Assembly: GCF_009914755.1 (NCBI RefSeq)
Contig: NC_060926.1
Length of the DNA stretch: 64,000 bases
Reading direction: 5' to 3' (one strand)
Origin: the human T2T-CHM13v2.0 reference genome, Homo sapiens
The position numbers and the translations under genes are program-made. Below are positions 13,030-29,790 of this stretch, piece by piece; position 1 is the first letter of the stretch, and each line of letters starts with the position of its first letter. The notes under the pieces are model-generated. The model worked only from the letters and a program-made list of their open reading frames with translations, had not been told where the DNA came from and made no database searches.

Positions 13030-13625
13030 GCAGAATTAGGATGCATGTTTGGGTGCTGAATTACACCAGTGGTTTAGACAAGAGAGAAGTCCTTCTCACT
13101 TTCATGTTCAAACACAAACAACCCAGGGTTGACTTGTAATCATTACACTGTTGAACACTCAGGCACCCTCTCTCTTGAAGCTCTGCCATCCCTAGGTGTC
13201 AATCTTGTTGACATTGTCAGCAATGCCATCATCTTCTCTTTCCTAAGGATATCGAGTGACTGGTATCATTAGCTCTAAGTGTTTCCAGAGGAGTGGAGCT
13301 CTAGTCTGGGCTAATGTGATGGGGTGGGGCAGCTGGTGAGATGGCAGTGCAGGTTTAAGCCCCATTTTTCAGTACAGGCCTTGTGACATTTCACTTAGCA
13401 ACACAAGATATGGCTTACAGGTAGAAAGAGGTTGGGGGAAAGAAGAGAAGACATGCCCCACTGAGAAATGATACATATCATTTCTGCTCATATCCAGTTG
13501 GAAAGGATGTAACACCTAGCTGCAAGGGAGGCTGAGATATGTAGGATTCAGCTAAGTGGCCATGGTTCCCCTAAAAATCCTACCATCATAAAAGTAGATG
13601 ATCAGGAAAAATAGCTTTCATAGAA
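13030..13625 (-). mobile_element. Old MLT1 (K/L-like) MaLR LTR
   Basis: 'tcatttctgctcatatccagttgg...acacctagctgcaagggaggctgaga'. Confidence 0.5.
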
Positions 13626-13969
13626 GACACAGAGAGATTGTTTTCCTAAATATCTAATCACACACTTCTCTGTTCAAAATAGATTACAAATGCACATACA
13701 TTATTGCAAGATAAAATAAATTGAAACGTTTTAAAAAATGAGTCAAAAGTAAAATGGGATTTTAAAATACAATCAACATATTCAAAAGAATTACCAAGCC
13801 ATGACGTTTTCTCTGGGAGTAAACTTGAGGCTGACATTCAGGGAGTCCCTGAATGAGAAGAATGAGGGCTTGAAAGAGAAGGTTGTTTTCTGGGCCATAC
13901 AGCTCAGGGCAAGAACAATAACTAATAGGAGGGGCTTTCTGTGAAGGAAATGTCTGTTGGATTTAGGGG

Positions 13970-14032
13970 TCTGATACCCAGACTATTCAGTCTGATATCC
14001 AGGTTATTCAGCAGTCTAATATCCAGGTTGTT
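13970..14032 (+). repeat. Degenerate ~21-24-bp tandem repeat, about 3 copies
   Basis: tctgatacccagactattcag / tctgatatccaggttattcagcag / tctaatatccaggttgtt. Confidence 0.8.
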
Positions 14033-14541
14033 TTCTTGTTTTGTAATTCCTTTCAGTCATCTTAAGCTTGCTATCTTCAGTATTTGAGGAGTGAAGGGTG
14101 TGGAAGGGTCAAAGTTTTGAAGCATAAAAGGAGAAATGATTCTTAGTAAGGCAGACATGGATGCAGGACAAGACTGAGCCACTGGCCCAGATGGCAGGAT
14201 GGCATGCCACAGCCAGGGAAATGGAACACTCTTTAGAAAAGCCCAGAGACATTTGAGAGAGGAATTTTTCAAGTTATGCAGCATGAAGGGTTAGGATTTT
14301 GACTCGTGAGTAAAAAGTAACAGAAGATGGAGTTGGGGGGAAGTCATGCTGCCCAAAACACAGTGGAAAAAAATGTGTACATGTAACTAGAAATGGACCA
14401 CGAATTTGGCATCACCTCTTGGGCAAAGCTGCCAGTGATTTTTTTCTCTCTGTCTCATCACCCTATGCCCTGATCATTTTATGCTCTTGTATGAGCTAAA
14501 GCCACTTAAGCCCCTCTTCCATGGATTGCATAAAGAGCGGA

Positions 14542-14926
14542 TGCTGCAATGTCTCACCTAAATCTCCTTCAGAAGGAGCTGAATCCATCCCCAGTATCCC
14601 CCTTCTGGGCACAATTGCCCTGGGATGAATGGGGACTGCCCCCCCTGGAAAGTTGTCTTCCTCCCCAGCCAGTAACCAATGCATGGCTGGCACAGAGGTA
14701 CACAATCCTAGACCCTTTGCCTCAAGACAATTCGTGGGAAAATTCATCCTCTAGATCTGCCCATGGGGCCAGAATAAAGCTATCCTCCAGTTCAGACCCT
14801 CTCCTTGTTTCACTTTCTTCTTTGCTTGTCTCACACCCTTTCTCCTGAAAGCACTGTCCCACTAAAATCACCTGCCCAAGAACCCCTGTTTCAAGTTCTG
14901 CCTCTAGGCAACCCACCTTAAGATAC
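14542..14926 (+). mobile_element. LTR16-family ERVL solo LTR
   Basis: 3' end 'aaaatcacctgcccaagaacccctgtttcaagttctgcctctaggcaacccacctaagata' matches the LTR16 terminus. Confidence 0.7.
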
Positions 14927-15865
14927 CATAAAACACAGGACACAGCAGGAAGTGAATAGATTCCCTGGAGGGTCTGTAGGGCACAGGCAAGGAGGAAGAG
15001 GAACCATGAGGCTTATCAGTGGCAGATGATAAGGGAAACTCAGGGGCCAGACAGGGTCAGGGAGCGTTGTTGAGTAAGGCTGCAAGGCAAAGACAACAGT
15101 GAGTAAAGAAGGAGGGGACATGAAGTCAGCAGCATCAGAAGCATCCCGTCAGCAGAGCTATTTCCTCCATGACCCTGGGCCTCCTTGGGGACACACCCTG
15201 CCCAGTGTCTGGCAGGTGTTGTGCTCTTAGCTCCCAGCAGAACCAGACATTTCAAGGACCATTCTTGCTTCAACTTGTCCATTCTTTCACAGTAAGAGGA
15301 GGTCTCCAGCTGATCCGTTTGTTAATCCCCTGGATTAAGCGCACATAAAGAGTGAAAACACCACTAGGGGAGAATTCCTACAGCTTCCTGCTTGAAAACA
15401 AGATTTGCCTGCAGCTAAGGGGCATGCCCAGCTCTGACAGCTACTATAAGCCCTGAGTAGGGCTTGGGGAAAGAAAAAGGAAAAAGAAAAAGAAAAGAAG
15501 AGAAAAAGCCTGTGAGAGGCAGCAAAGAGGGGAAAGTCAGGTGAGAGGTAGCAGGAGGTGAGGGGTCTCCATCTCTCTCCTACAGCAGTCCCTGGATTGC
15601 TTTTTCTACACTGAAGATGGAAGGAGAGCATGTTTTGGTCTTGATCATTTTTTTTCTTATTATTATACTTTAAGTTCTAGGGTACATGTGCACAATGTGC
15701 AGGTTTGTTACACACGTATGCATGTGCCATGTTGGTGTGCTGCACCCATTAACTCGTCATTTACATTAGGTATATCTCCTAATGCTATCCCTTCCCCCTC
15801 CCCTCACCCCATGACAGGCCCTGGTGTGTGATGTTCCCCACCCTGTGTCCAAGTGTTCTCATTGT

Positions 15866-19686
<3,821 letters not shown>

Positions 19687-19749
19687 TATGATGTTAGCTG
19701 GTTATTTTGCTTGTTAGTTGATGCTGTTTCTTCCTAACATTGATGGTCT

Positions 19750-20763
19750 TTACAATTTGCCATGTTTTTGCAGTGGCTGGTACCGGTTGTTCCTTTCCAT
19801 GTTTAGTGCTTCCTTCAGGAGCTCTTTTAGGGCAGGCCTGGTGGTGACAAAATCTCTCAGCATTTGCTTGTCTGTAAAGGATTTTATTTCTCCTTCACTT
19901 ATGAAGCTTAGTTTGGCTGGATATGAAATTCTGGGTTGAAAATTCTTTTCTTTAAGAATGTTGAATATTGGCCCCACTCTCTTCTGGCTTGTAGAGTTTC
20001 TGCTGAAAGATCAGCTGTTAGTCTGATGGGTTTCCCTTTGTGGGTAACCTGACCTTTCTCTCTAGCTGCCCTTAACATTTTTTCTTTCATTTCAACTTTG
20101 GTGAATCGGAGAATGATGTGTCTTGGAGTTACTCTTCTCAAGGAGTATCTTTGTGGCATTCTGCGTATTTCCTGAATTTGAATGTTGGCCTGCCTTGCTG
20201 GATTGGGGAAGTTCTCCTGGATAATATCCTGCAAAGTGTTTTCCAACTTGATTCCATTCTCCTCGTCACTTTCAGGTATACCAATCAGACGTAGATTTGG
20301 TCTTTTCACATAGTCCCATATTTCTTGGAGGCTTTGTTCATTTCTTTTTACTCTTTTTTCTCTAAACTTCTCTTCTCACTTCATTTCATTCATTTGATGT
20401 TCAATCACTGATACTCTTTCTTCCAATTTATCGAATTAGCTACTGAAGCTTGTGCATGCGTCACGTAGTTCTCATGCCATGGTTTTCAGCTCCATCAGGT
20501 CATTTAAGGACTTCTCTACACTGGTTATACTAGATAGCTATTCTTCTAATCTTTTTTCAAGGTTTTTAGCTTCTTTGCAATGGGTTTGAGCTTCCTGCCT
20601 TAGCTCAGGGAAGTTTGATCATCTGAAGCCTTCTTCTCTCAACTCATCAAAGTCATTCTCCTTCCAGCTTTGTTCCATTGCTGGTGAGGAGCTGGTTCTT
20701 TGGAGGGGGAGAGGCGCTCTGATTTTTAGAATTTTCCGCTTTTCTGCTCTGTTTTTTCCCCGT
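19750..20763 (-). pseudogene. Disrupted L1 ORF1
   Basis: Start codon ATG>ACG at 20763-20761; frameshifted fragments 19908-20309 and 19750-19977. Confidence 0.92.
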
Positions 20764-21337
20764 CTTTGTGGTTTTAACTACCTTAGGTCTTTGATGATGG
20801 TGACCTACAGATGGAGTTTTGGTGTGGATGTCCTTTCTGCTTGTTAGTTTTCCTTCTAACAGTCAGGACCCTCAGCTGCAAGTCTGTTGGAGTTTGCTGG
20901 AGGCCCACTCCAGACCCTGTTTGCCTGGGTATCAGCAGCGGAGGCTGCCGAACAGCAAATATTGCTGAACAGCAAATGTTGCTGCCTAATTGTTCCTCTG
21001 GAAGCTTCATCTCAGAGGGCTACCCGGCCATGTAAGGTTTCAGTCTGCCCCTACTGGGGGGTACCTCCCAGTTAGGCTACTCAGGGGTCAGGGACCCACT
21101 TGAGCAGCAGTTTGTCCATTCTCAGATCTCAAACTCCATGCTGAGAGAACCACTACTCTCTTCAAAGCTGTCAGACAGGTACATTTGAGTCTGCAGAGTT
21201 TTCTGCTGCCTTTTGTTCAGCTATGCCCTGCCCTCAGAGGTGGAGTCTACAGAGGCAGGCAGGCCTCCTTGAGCTGCGGTGGGCTCCACCTAGTTCGAGC
21301 TTCCTGGCTGCTTTGTTTACCTACTCAAGCCTCAGCA

Positions 21338-21520
21338 ATGGCAGGCGCTCCTCCCTCAGCTTCGCTGCCGCCTTGCAGTTCCATCTCAGACTGCTGTGCT
21401 AGCAATAAGCGAGGCTCCATGGGCGTGGGACCTTCCGAGCCATGCACGGGATATAATCTCCTGGTGTGCTGTTTGCTAAGACCATTGGAAAAGCGCAGTA
21501 TTAGGGTGGGAGTGACCTGA
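21338..21520 (+). pseudogene. L1 ORF0, truncated at 60 aa
   Basis: MAGAPPSASLPPCSSISDCCASN...IRVGVT*; stop where the intact copy has Arg (CGA>TGA). Confidence 0.8.
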
Positions 21521-22204
21521 TTTTCCAGGTGCCGTCTGTCACAGCTTCCCTTGGCTAGGAAAGGGAATTTCCTAATTGCTAGCACTTCCCAGGTGAGGCG
21601 ATGCCTTGCCCTGCTTCAGCTCACGCTTGGTGGGCTGCACCCACTGTCTTGCACCCACTGTCCGACGAGTCCCAGTGAGATGAACCCAGTACCTCAGTTG
21701 GAAATGCAGAAATCACCCATCTTCTGCATCACTCACGCTGGGAACTGTAGACTGGAGCTGTTCCTATTTGGCCATCTTGGAACCACCTCCTCTCTAGTCT
21801 TGATCTTTTAGTACCACCGACAATCAGGTAATTTTAACAGAAGTGACGTGGAGAAGAGGTAGCAGTCTTGCTGCCATTTCTTCACTGTTTGAGATATAGT
21901 AAAGATATAAGATATTCTCTATGCCCTTGAGATATAAAGAAAAAATTGAGAAAAATATCACTTTTTTATAATTTGAGTTAAAATTCTAAACAAGAGTCTT
22001 CCTTGATTTTGCTCTACATTAATATCTCTTTATGAACTTTTGAAAAGGGTCTCAAACTCAAGATGGAAAGACTAACAGCGGTCCTACATTAACTTCCTCA
22101 CTCTTTTGGGGAGGGGAGAGAATGGAGGGGTGTGTTAGTAAATATTGGAGGCTGCTGGGGGCAGTAGGATGCTTTTTTGCAAGCTCAGACCAAATACGTG
22201 GTTA

Positions 22205-22420
22205 CTATTCGTTCACTCACTTAAGAATTATTTACTTAGCATCTTCTATGAACCAGGCTTCATACTGGGTGCTGCCAATGTGGAGATGTGTGGGCCTGGT
22301 TCCCATCCTCCAAGAATTCACACTGGAGAAAAGACACATAAGGAAGATATTACACGAAAGTCTGCTTGGAGTCCTGTGGCTATACTCAAATCTGTCCACA
22401 CAATTTTCATGAGCTTTCAG
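22205..22420 (-). mobile_element. L2 3' fragment
   Basis: 'attcgttcactcac...tatttacttagcatcttctatgaaccaggc...tactgggtgctg'. Confidence 0.65.
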
Positions 22421-22729
22421 GTACATGGCTGTAATAATCTAGGAGCACAGGAGAGGATAAACTCTCCAGGTGTTTGTGGCTGGTACATCTAGCAATATGG
22501 TCTGAGGGAAATCCAGCTCTGCTCTGCGATGACCTGATTCATCCCACTCTGAAGTTGCTGCTCCCCAGGAAAGTATTGGTACAGTAGGGATCCAACAACA
22601 AAAGGACACAGTGGGACCAGAAAGCACAGTTCAACCATCTTTTCCTTTAAGCCCTCAAATAATAGCTTCTTTACAATCCTTTTCTGTTTATTCCAACACA
22701 AGTCACTTTGTGGTCACTTCCTATTGCTT

Positions 22730-23576
22730 TTTCCTCTTGATTGCGCATCATATTTTCCTTCTTGAAATGTTTAAGAATGTTAAATTATATGCTAGATATT
22801 GTGAACAATACATTGTAGAATATCTGTCTGGCAGGACAAACTCAATACCCTTTAAGGAAAGAGGATATAATTCATATGAATTAATCAAATTACTGGTAGA
22901 TTCTTTTCATCCTCTTATATTTGATTTTATTCTTAGAAGAATGATCTATTTTGTTTTTTGTTTTTGTTTTTTTACCTAGTTTCAGGGCAGGATGCTTACA
23001 TTAAGGCATAGTTATTATTCCTTTACAAAGCATGACCTTCCTAGGGTTCACATGAATGCCCCAGATTTTTCTTTCTTCTATGGGCGAGAACTCCAGCATC
23101 ACCCTAACCTGCAAGGCCTCTGTTATCAGTGTTCAGCTTTCATCTCCATGACGTCTATCTATGCCATGTCTCATGGAGTCTCAACCTTTACCTGCACAGC
23201 CAATCCTTTAGCCAAGGAATTCTCATAAGTCAATATGCAGACTTTCAGAGACCCCCCACTGCACAGCCCCTACTTATCCACTACCCTACCTAGGAAATTT
23301 CAGCTATTTCAGGAGCCTGGAACTCTGATCCCTGCTTCTTCAGCTCAGCAAGACCATTGTTCCATTGGGTTCCACCTCCTTGTGCTGCAGCTCTGTCCCC
23401 AAACACAAAAGTGTGGCTCATCTTGTGTGTTTCCCATCTCTCAAAGATCATAGTCCCATGCCTCCTATTCAATGCTTGAAAATAACTGTCTCATATATTT
23501 GTTCGGGTTTATAGTTGTTTTCAACAGAGGGCAAGTTTGATACCAGTTACTTGCTCATAGTCAAAAGCAGGAGTCA
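22730..23576 (-). mobile_element. Ancient L1ME 5'-region fragment
   Basis: 'tgaaaataactgtctcatatatttg...accagttacttgctcatagtcaaaagcaggagtc' resembles L1MEd/g 5' ends. Confidence 0.5.
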
Positions 23577-23639
23577 ACATGCTTTCTTAAAAAAAATTAT
23601 TGATGTTATTTTCTGCATATCTTGACTAGAACTCTACCA

Positions 23640-23860
23640 CCCCATATTTGAGGAGTTAAGAACAAGCCAACATCCCCAGAGAAGATGGCAGAGCAGAAAG
23701 AAGAAAGGAACCTGGATCTTTAACAAATTTACCAACCCTGGTATCTCTCATCTTCACATTTCTTGTAACATGATATTGTAAATGTTATTGTTGCTTAAGA
23801 CTCTTTCAATTGGGTTTCCAGTTATTTGCAGCAACTGGCACCTGTAGTAGCTGATACAAG
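23640..23860 (+). mobile_element. MLT1 (J/K-like) LTR fragment
   Basis: 'gaagatggcagagcagaaag...ggaacctggatc...gttatttgcagc'. Confidence 0.55.
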
Positions 23861-24422
23861 TCATCATGCCTAAGTCTTCTTTTCTTAAGGTGGAACAACT
23901 TCAGCTACTCTAGGTATTTCATACAGGGTATCATGTGAACTCAAATTCTCTCAAATTTTTTTTGTCTCAATTATGATAGTGTGCTATGAACTGAGGAGTA
24001 TGATTAATTCAAACCTCTGCCCTAAGACTGTGTGTGAGTGAGAGAGAGAGAAAGAAAGACAAAGAGAAGGTGGGGGTAGGGAAGTAGATACATATTGTGG
24101 TCTCTAATTATAGCAAATTCACCCAGACAATGAAATCACACAAAGTTTTACTTGGAAAACTCCAAAACAAGAGGTCATCTAATTCAAGGTTCTCATCCTA
24201 GGGTTCATTGACATCCCAGGATGGGCTTGGGTGAAGTTGGACATAACACATTTGAATGTGAATTTTGCTAAACAGAAGTTCAGTACCTTTCAAATGTTTT
24301 TGTATGGCTATATGCCCCCATCCTTAAGAGTTAGAAAGCACCAATGCTGACCAAACTTTTTACTTTCTAGACAAAGAAAGATTATCCCAATAAACTATGA
24401 CTTATGCAAAGCATAGGGCCAG

Positions 24423-24776
24423 TGTATTAGTCTGTTTTCACATTGCTGATAAAGACATAACCAATTCACAAAAGAAAGAGGTTTATTGGACTTACAGCCC
24501 CCACGGCTGGGGAGGCCTCACAATCGTGGCAGAAGGCAAGGAGGTGCAAGTCACATCTTACGTGGATGGCAGCAGGCAAAGAGAGAGCTTATGCAGAGAA
24601 ATTCTGGTTTTTAAAATCATCAGATCTCGTGAGACCTATTCACTATCACGAGAACAACATGGGAAAGACCTGCCCCCATGATTCAATCATCTTCCACTGG
24701 GTCCCTCCCACAACACGTGGAAATTATGGAACTACAATATGAGATTTGGGTGGGGACACAGAGACAAGCCACATCA
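24423..24776 (-). mobile_element. THE1 (THE1B-like) MaLR solo LTR
   Basis: 'tgtattagtctgttttcacattgctgataaagacata...gagatttgggtggggacacagag...catca'. Confidence 0.92.
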
Positions 24777-24966
24777 AGCTAGTTAGAGCCAGAACTGAGA
24801 CATTAATCAAGGATGCCTAATTTTTCTAAGTTACTTTCAGACCAATCTCATTTATTGGTAGTACTTTCTTCCCTGCTTGCATGAGGGTGGGAGACAAATC
24901 TTGGCTCTCCAAACAGCCAGACCCCAGACTCTGTGTTTGACCTTGTGCAATAGATTTGTTTCTTTA

Positions 24967-25298
<332 letters not shown>

Positions 25299-25327
25299 CT
25301 ATAGAAGGAAATTTAAAATATGATCTC

Positions 25328-26000
25328 TGTTCCCATCAAATTTCTTTGTTTCAAGTGATATAAACTAACTATGGCTGATTAGACAGTAGGGAATTTATTG
25401 CAAGGGTATGAGAAAGCACGTAGAAAAGGCTTCTTTGTGGCTCAACTCCACAACACTGTATTTTATGTTTATGAAAACATTGGGAAGGCTGAACTACCAG
25501 ACTCAGAAATGGCATAAAGAAGGGGTGCAGGTAACAGCCTGAGCCACAGCCAAAATGATGCCACAATGTGAGTGAGGTGGAGACTCTATCACTCCACCTG
25601 ACTGTTGCTGACACTGAATACTGAGGCTTATCTGTTATTGCTACTGAACTTAAACATTTAATGTCACCACCACAGCCTCTGTAAACCCTGGAAGCTGATG
25701 TTGAAGCCACCTCTGCAACCATTAAAGGAGAAATAAATTCTCTGCTTTCCTGATTTTTGCATCTCTCAATGCAAATTTAAAGTCTGAGGCAGGTACCTCT
25801 GTTTGGCTGAGTATAGGTGATGTGTTCATACCTTAGCTGCAGGGTAGCCTGGGACAAGAATTTTTTTGACTTCCATACTGGGAAATTCAAGCAAAATTCA
25901 TATTATTAGAAATTTCTCAAATGTAAGAAATGGGTTCAAAGGCTGAACTCAGCCATTCAAAGGCTGAAACCTCTCAAATAAAACTAACATGGATCTACTA
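25328..26000 (-). mobile_element. Old MLT1-like LTR
   Basis: 'ttgtttcaagtgatataaactaactatggctg...gggaatttattg' and 'ttggctgagtataggtgatgtg...ccttagctgcaggg'. Confidence 0.5.
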
Positions 26001-27407
26001 CTCCATCCCATTAGGTTGGCGTGAGGATTAAATAGATAATAATAGATAGAGTGTCTAGGAAATAATAAGGACTCAATGTTCATTTTCATCATCATTGTAT
26101 TACTCTTGTAAGAGTCAGCTTATCTTCATGGTATGCCAGTTGTCTGTAATACCTATAGCTGAGAAAAGTGAAATAAGGATTTGAAGTGTTTTTATTTCAC
26201 ATAATGGGAAAATGTAGGGAAAATTAAGGAAATGAGGAGTAATGCCAGAAGAGATGAAAGTGAAAAGACTGACAGACAGAGTCAGATAAGGAAAGTAAAT
26301 GGGCATTAGATTAGTTGCAGAATTACTGACTCCTGTGAAGGAATGGATTGTCCAGGGAAAAGAAGCTAGCCAAGAAATGGAGACCTGGGAATGAGATCCA
26401 TGCTACTCCGAGCTCTAATCCTAGGGCTGAATCTCCCAATCTAGGGTGCCCATACAAAAAGAACACAATAATTAAAGACAAATAAGGAATAGAAATATTC
26501 TGGGTCTTTTTGGAATTAAAACCTTATAGCTTGCATCTGTTTGGTAGTGGTGATTGTAGTGGTGGTCCTAGTGGTGTGTGTATGTGTGCAAGTTCATTTT
26601 GTTTTGTTTTAAACTTACAGAACAGAATTGAGATTTGGATTTTAAGGGAATTTTGATATTTCATTTTGACAGCTCTCCTTCTGACACTTCATTCTTCTTC
26701 TTCTCGCACCCAAACACACACAGGCATACAAACCTCTTTGGGATTGGCTGCAGAAACAGTGCCTCCCAGAGTATTCCCATTCATCTCATTTGTGCTTAGC
26801 TGACCTCTAATACCTAGAGGAGAACTGTAGTGCAAACATCAAGAAAATAATAATGTAATTCTAGAATAATATCCCTAAGACTTATAAATATGAAGCAAAT
26901 ATAAGAACCCTTTTTTCAGTGGACAAGAATTGCTTGTCTATTCATCACATCCTTTTTTTGTTTGGAAAGTGTCTCCTCTCTCTCTCCATGTTGACTCTAG
27001 AAGGACTATAAGCCACATATTCAACTCTGCAAAGGAAGAAGAGGGCTTCACTTCTTCTTACCTCTTCTTCCTTTACAGAATTGGACATGTGATTTACACT
27101 GACCAGTCAGTTTACCTTATATGTCTTAATGCCTGTGATTAGTCCAGAGAGAAATACATGAAGTAGGGATAACCAATCCAAACACTGCTTTGGAGTTTGA
27201 TTGTTGGGATAAAGTCTCTCTTGAGTTCACAAAGCTTCAGGATCATGTATTCATGTGGCAAGCACCAGGATGCTCTCACCACCTTATGGAAAAAGCTTGC
27301 CTGAAGCTGAACAAAGGCAAATGGAGCTCAACATACCTCTGAACAATCTGAGCCAACAACTTCTCCTTTTGACTTCAGCTACTTTAAGTTGAGGTTTTAT
27401 TACTTGG

Positions 27408-27783
27408 TGTATTAGTCTGTTCTCACACTGCTATAAAGAACTACCTGAGTATGGGTAGTTTATAAAGAGGGATTTAATTGACTCACAGCTCCACAGGTTG
27501 TATAGAAGACATGGCAGGGGAGGCCTCAGGAAACTTACAATCATGGAGGCAGGGCAAATGGGAAGCAAGCACATCTTTACATGGCAGCAGGAGAGAGAGA
27601 GCAAAGAGGGAAGTGCTACACACTCTTAAACAACCAGATCTCATGATAACTCACTATCACAAGAACAGCATGGGAAAAATCTACCCCCATAATCCAATCA
27701 CCTCTTACCGGGTCCCTCCCCCAACACTGGGGGTTACAATTCAACATGAGATTTGGGTGGGGACACAGAGCCAAATCATATCA
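27408..27783 (-). mobile_element. MSTA/THE1D-like MaLR solo LTR nested in an older MLT1 fragment
   Basis: tgtattag...atatca termini; perfect 5-bp TSD cttgg at 27403-27407 and 27784-27788. Confidence 0.92.
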
Positions 27784-28924
27784 CTTGGAAGTTGAGAATT
27801 TTATATCTCATACTTCCCCGCCCCAAGAAAAAAATAATTTCATACCCCCTTAGTGATATGAGTTGAACTTTTAGTATGACTTAAGAAAACATACTGACAA
27901 AAATGGCCAATAATCTCAGTAAAGCTTTTAAAATATTATTTACTCAGACTCTAGAGAATGCTTGCACAACAAGTAGATTAATAGACACCTAACAATAACT
28001 TATTGGTCCCCCCATCCAAGGTTAAAAATCATTGTTTATAAGTGCTTATGCTTTCAAAACAATACTGAGAAAAATGCACTTCTGAGTGTTATCATATTTT
28101 GAAGACTATAAACCCTTCATCCACTTTTGAAAAGAGGATGATATTGAAAAAGCCATTTGATAAGCTTTTATATCCAAAGAAACAAAGAAGCAGTTTGCTT
28201 CGAAGACTCCAGGGACACAAGGCCACCACCTGTGAGGACACAGGAGCCACCTATGAGCCATGAAAGTTTGGAAACTTGCCTGGGAAGTTCATCAGGGTCA
28301 CCACCAGAGGAAATCATTGATATTCATGGAGAATTGGATGCTCAGCAGTGCAGTGGCATATAGGTCACACACAAGACAAAAACTGTTTCTGAGGTTTGAA
28401 TGCAATGCCATTAGTGAGCCGTTACTGATATGTTTGACACTGTATCAGAAAATTTTACCAAAGCTCCCTTTTCTACTAAAAGCAACTGAGGGGAAAAGAA
28501 AATGGTAGAAAACCAAAAATAAAAGCAACTATTTCCCGGGAAGACCAATGAAGCCCTTCAAAAAGCTGACTGGATTGTATTAAACTGCTAAGGTTTGAAT
28601 GCATCTCCCCAGAGTTCATGTGTTGGAAACTTAATCCCCAATGCAACAGCATCGAGAGGTGGCACTTTTGAGAGGTGATTAGGTCATGAGAGCTTTGCCC
28701 CCTGGAATGGATTAATGTCATTATGGCAGGGGTAAGTTCATGATGTCAGGAATGGGTTTGTTATAAAAGCAAGTTTGGCCCTCTCTTGCTTGCTGGCTCT
28801 CATCCATTCTCTCTTCATGTGATGTCTTCTGCCAGGTTATGACTCAGCAAGAAGACCCCCACTAGATGCAACCCCTTGATCTTGGACTTCCTGGCCTCCA
28901 GAAACATAAGACAAATAAACTTCT

Positions 28925-29307
28925 TTTTATTGTTATTATCATTAATTTTTTATTTTTTATTTCAATAAGTTTTGGGGAACAGATGGTATTTTGTTACATG
29001 AATATGCTCATTAGTGGGGATTTCTGAGATTTTGTTGCACCCATCACTCAAGCATTGTATACTGTACCCAATGTGTAGTCTTTTATCCCTCCCTCTCCCC
29101 CACTCTTTCCTTTGAGTCTCCAAACTCCAATATATCATTCTTATGCCTTTGCATTCTCATAGCTTAGTTCCCACATATGAGTGAGAACATGTATGTTTGG
29201 TTATCTATTCCTGAGTTACTTCACTTAGAATAATAGCCTCCAATTCCATCCAGGTTGCTGCAAATCCCATTATTTCATTCCTTTCTTTGGCTGAGCAGTA
29301 TTCCATG

Positions 29308-29346
<39 letters not shown>

Positions 29347-29790
29347 TGTGTGTGTATATGTATATGTATATATACACACACATATATGTATGTATATAAC
29401 ATTTTTTATCCACTCATTGATTGATGGGCATTTGGGCAATTGTACTGCTATATACATGCATGTAACAAGTGTCTTTTTTGTATAATGACTTCTTTACTTC
29501 TGAGCAGATACATAGCAGTGGGGTTGCTAGGTCAAATGGTAGGTCTACTTTTAGTTCTTTAAGGAGTCTCCATACTGTTTTCTATAGTGGTTGTGCTAGT
29601 TTACATTCCCACCAACCCAGTAAAAGTGTTCCCTTTTCACCATATCCATGCCAACATCTATTTATTTATTATTATTTTTTGATTATGACCATTATTGCAG
29701 AAGTTACGTGGTATCGCACTGTGGTTTTGATTTGTATTTCCCTGATAATTAGTGATGTTGAACATTTTTCCATATGCTTGTTGGCCATTG
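28925..29790 (-). mobile_element. 5'-truncated L1PB1/PB2-like 3' fragment
   Basis: 'ttcaataagttttggggaacag...ctgagattttgttgcacccatcac'; perfect 16-bp TSD agacaaataaacttct at 28909-28924 and 29791-29806. Confidence 0.9.
29308..29398. repeat. Compound (TG)n/(TA)n/(CA)n microsatellite inside L1PB
   Basis: Direct reading. Confidence 0.95.

Noticed and set aside
13970-14032. CRISPR-like repeat array
   Set aside because: Units are adjacent with no unique spacers, there are no cas genes, and the DNA is primate.
28157-28508. Protein-like ORFs (…PPPVRTQEPP…)
   Set aside because: Non-ATG start for the first, no homology I recognise, no poly-A/TSD of a processed pseudogene.
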